NCBI GenBank assembly: GCA_038207335.1
Contig: JBBQZX010000001.1
Coordinates: forward strand, 64,001-128,000
Direction: 5' to 3'
From: Chthoniobacterales bacterium
GTDB lineage: Bacteria; Verrucomicrobiota; Verrucomicrobiia; Chthoniobacterales; Chthoniobacteraceae
DNA length: 64,000 nucleotides
Positions 61,442-64,000 of the stretch are shown here, one piece after another; position 1 is the stretch's first letter, and every line of letters begins with the position of its first letter. The translations under genes and the position numbers were made by a program. The notes beneath the pieces were generated by a model that worked only from the letters and a program-made list of their open reading frames with translations, was not told the DNA's origin and did not search any database.

Positions 61442-61727
61442 ACTCGCCATCCCTGTAGTTCGGCTGGGTATCCCTCCGCAGCGCCTCAGTATCGCCCCGG
61501 CATTCCTCAGTATCGACGAGGGCCTCCTCGGTGTCGGCGAGGGTCTCCTCAGTATCGGCGAGGGTCTCCTCGGTGTCGGCGAGGGCCTCCTCAGTAGCGA
61601 CCAGGGTCTCCTCAACCTGAGGAATGCCGCGACGATACTGAGGAAGGCCAAGTCGATACCGCGGAATGCCAAGCCGATACGAAAATCCCCCGCCCCTGCA
61701 CGGAGGAGCCCCGCGGCGATACCGACG
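61442..61727. repeat. 21-bp tandem repeat array with an inverted second arm
   Basis: Six direct units at 61484-61609 (consensus CCTC(A/G)GT(A/G)TCGGCGAGGG(C/T)CT), then reverse-complement units from 61623 (19/21 match to unit 1); degenerate outer units. Confidence 0.85.
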
Positions 61728-61831
61728 GCCTGCGCGGGGACATGCCCGACCCCTCCGCGCACAGGGCGGCGCAATTCAGGATGTCGAAATCATGCGCTGA
61801 TTCGACACATTCGCACCACAGCATCCGCTCA

Positions 61832-62692
61832 TCACGTCGCGGCGGGGGCCAAGACGCGCAATTTTCTAGAGGAGATGCGGAAGGTGACGGGGACTTGGGT
61901 GGTGACTTCGCCATCGACTTCGACGGGGACGCGGCTGTCGCTGCGGACGGTGGCGCGTTTGGTCTGGAAGTACTCGACGTCGCGCAGGTCGGTGTGGCGG
62001 CCGACGAGGATCATGCCGATGTAGCGGGCGAGGTCGAGGTAGCCGAGGTTTTTGAAGATGAGGATGTCGAGGAGGCCGTCGTCGATCTTGGCGTCTTTGA
62101 AGAAGGGGAGGGGGCCGCCGTAGTAGCGGCCATTGCCGATGAGGACGAAGGAGCCGTCGATGCCGCGCCCGTCGGCTTCGATGTGGAGGCGGGGCGGGGG
62201 CTGGTAGGCGATCTGGGCTGCAGTGATGAGGTAGCTGAGGGGGCCGAGGGCTTTGCGCGATGCCCGACTGGTGCTGGCGACGACTTGGGCGTCGAGGCCG
62301 ACGCCGGCGAGCTGGACGAAGTATTGGTCATTCGCGCGGCCGAGGTCGATGCGGCGGGTGTGGCCGGCTTCGATGACGGCCCAGGCTTTGCGGAGGTCGC
62401 CGGGGATGCCGAGCTCGGCGGCGAAGACGTTCATGGTGCCGACGGGGAGGACGCCGAGGGTGATGTCGGCTCCGGCGATGCCGTTGACGACGTCGTTGAT
62501 GGTGCCGTCGCCGCCAGCGGCGACGATGGTGGGGTAGCCGTGCTCGACGGCGCGGCGGGCGAGGCCGGAGGCGTCGCCGGCGGCGGTGGTGGGCATGAGC
62601 TTGCAGCGCGGGAGGGCGCGGATTTTCTCACGGACGCGGCCGGCTTTCTCGCCGCGGGCGGCGGGGTTGTAGATGACGGCGATTTCGTCCAT
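61832..62692 (-). CDS. Diacylglycerol/lipid kinase family protein (YegS/DagK-like)
   Basis: YNPAARG, AAGGDGTINDV, LPVGTMN, GVGLDA, NGRYYGG, DDGLLD, EVDGE. Confidence 0.92.
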   Translation of the reverse strand: MDEIAVIYNPAARGEKAGRVREKIRALPRCKLMPTTAAGDASGLARRAVEHGYPTIVAAGGDGTINDVVNGIAGADITLGVLPVGTMNVFAAELGIPGDLRKAWAVIEAGHTRRIDLGRANDQYFVQLAGVGLDAQVVASTSRASRKALGPLSYLITAAQIAYQPPPRLHIEADGRGIDGSFVLIGNGRYYGGPLPFFKDAKIDDGLLDILIFKNLGYLDLARYIGMILVGRHTDLRDVEYFQTKRATVRSDSRVPVEVDGEVTTQVPVTFRISSRKLRVLAPAAT

Positions 62693-62749
62693 GGCGCGGC
62701 TGTCGTTTCGGCCTTTTCTTTCTAAAGTCGAGTCGTAACTTCACCGCCC

Positions 62750-64000
62750 GTGAAACGTCTTCCGAAGCTGCTCTTGATCGCGCTCGTGGCGCTGGTGGCG
62801 CTGGGCGCTGTGCTCCTGCTGGGGCTGAATCTTTATGTGCAATCGCCAGCGACGCAGGGGCGGATCCAGGCGGAGCTGAGCAAGGCGCTGAAGCTGCCGC
62901 TGGTGATCACGAATACGAGTCTGACGCCGTGGAGCGGGATGAATATCAATGGGATCACGGTGCCTGCGGATGGGGGGAATTTCCTGGAGGCTGCGAGCTT
63001 TGGCGCGCACTACAAGCTGCTGCCGCTCCTGCGCAGACGGCTAGTGATTTTCGACGTGAAGCTGGAGCAGCCGAAGATCGTGTGGCGACAGAACGCGGAT
63101 GGAAAATGGGTGCTGCCCGGGCTGGCAAAGAAGGCGGCGCCGGGCGAGCAGAAGCCGGTGAAGAAGGAGGAGAAAAAGTCGGGCGGCGGCTTCGAGGTGG
63201 AGCTGACTGAGCTGAGGATCGTGGGCGGCTCGGTGGATATGCTGGATGTAAACGGCAAATGCGCGGCGCGGCTGGTGGGTGCGGACCTGAACTATGTGAT
63301 CGAGTCGGCGACGAAGGGGCGGGGGACGCTGGTGGCGTCGCGGCTGACGGCGGGGACGCTGGGGTTTGAGACGGTGACGGGCGAGTTCAAGTATGATGCG
63401 GGGGTGGTGACGATCCCGGCGCTGGAGGGGACGCTCGCGGGGGGCAGTGTGAAGGGGACGCTGGAGCTGCGGCCGGATGAAGCGAAGGGGCCGTTCACGA
63501 TGTCGCTGGCCTGGGACAAGGTGGATGCGGCGACGCTGAGCACGGATGCGGGCTGGGAGAAGGGGCAGGTGTCGGGGACGCTGGGCGGTGAGTTGGAGCT
63601 GCACGGGCGGCTGAAGTCGCTGGATAAGCTGGAGGGAAGCGGGAAATTCTCGATGGCGAATGGACAACTGAAGCAGCTCGATTTTTTCCAGACGATCGGG
63701 CAGCTCCTGCAGATCGAGGGGCTCTCGAATCTGCGGCTGCAGCGCGGGGTGACGACGTTTCGGATCGCGGATGAGCGGGCGTATGTGGAGGAGTTCGTGC
63801 TCGAGACGCAGGACATCCGGCTGTCGGCGGAGGGGCAGGTGAAGATGGACGGGAAGATGGCGCTTGATGCACGGCTGGCGTTGTCGCCGGGGCTGGCGAA
63901 GGATTTGCCGACGTTCGTGCGGCAGAGTTTTGTGGATGTGGATGCGGAGGGGCGGTCGGGGGTCGCGTTTCGGATCACGGGGAAGACGGATCGGCCGAAG
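62750..64000 (+). CDS. AsmA-like protein, 3' end outside window (absent from the ORF track)
   Basis: GTG start, KRLPKLLLIALVALVALGAVLLLGLNLY anchor, LLPLLRRRLVIFDVKLEQP, LEGSGKFSMANG, FRITGKTDRPK; open to the window end. Confidence 0.85.
   Translation, partial: MKRLPKLLLIALVALVALGAVLLLGLNLYVQSPATQGRIQAELSKALKLPLVITNTSLTPWSGMNINGITVPADGGNFLEAASFGAHYKLLPLLRRRLVIFDVKLEQPKIVWRQNADGKWVLPGLAKKAAPGEQKPVKKEEKKSGGGFEVELTELRIVGGSVDMLDVNGKCAARLVGADLNYVIESATKGRGTLVASRLTAGTLGFETVTGEFKYDAGVVTIPALEGTLAGGSVKGTLELRPDEAKGPFTMSLAWDKVDAATLSTDAGWEKGQVSGTLGGELELHGRLKSLDKLEGSGKFSMANGQLKQLDFFQTIGQLLQIEGLSNLRLQRGVTTFRIADERAYVEEFVLETQDIRLSAEGQVKMDGKMALDARLALSPGLAKDLPTFVRQSFVDVDAEGRSGVAFRITGKTDRPK

Noticed and set aside
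61442..61727. Possible CRISPR array
   Set aside because: Units are contiguous 21-mers with no unique spacers, and no cas genes are in the window
61280..62024. ORFs with heptad repeats (LLSIGEG on +, RRPSPTP on -)
   Set aside because: By-products of the 21-bp periodicity, open on both strands; the + ORF overlaps the lipid kinase gene

Overview
High-GC bacterial chromosomal segment with about 44 protein-coding genes. Gene content points to Verrucomicrobia, probably Chthoniobacter-like (inference): PSCyt/PSD1 + DUF1501 pair, PVC-type CxxCH protein, PEP-CTERM adhesin, lamin-tail/CotH giant protein. I found no rRNA, tRNA, CRISPR, integrase or transposase. Layout: (1-12.5 kb) 3' part of a secretin, coaE, rho, RNase D, DAHP synthase, prfC, an FHA-REC signalling protein, a priming sugar transferase, aroD and a receiver protein; (12.6-29.5 kb) a polysaccharide locus with OM beta-barrel, OPX/Wza-like, Wzc, three glycosyltransferases and an O-antigen ligase/Wzy-like gene, flanked by a modification cassette of two SGNH proteins, an MBOAT, a carbamoyltransferase, an SxtJ-like and an SxtK/DUF5989-like protein; (29.7-40.3 kb) secreted PVC-type proteins; (40.3-50.3 kb) birA, nadC, sucB, a giant TPR protein and a rhomboid; (50.5-64 kb) large surface proteins, an amidohydrolase, a palindromic 21-bp repeat array, a lipid kinase and a truncated AsmA-like gene. 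The best candidate for an undescribed system is the modification cassette. Both the MBOAT (...FVYFQF) and the 66-aa single-TM protein (...FIYTLF) end in the DltX-type tyrosine acyl-shuttle motif, and the MBOAT stop overlaps the carbamoyltransferase start, suggesting a trans-membrane relay for O-carbamoylating a surface polysaccharide. Also notable are kb-scale C/G strand-skew patches that ignore gene orientation and flip near intergenic palindromes. All family calls come from motif recognition by eye, not database searches.
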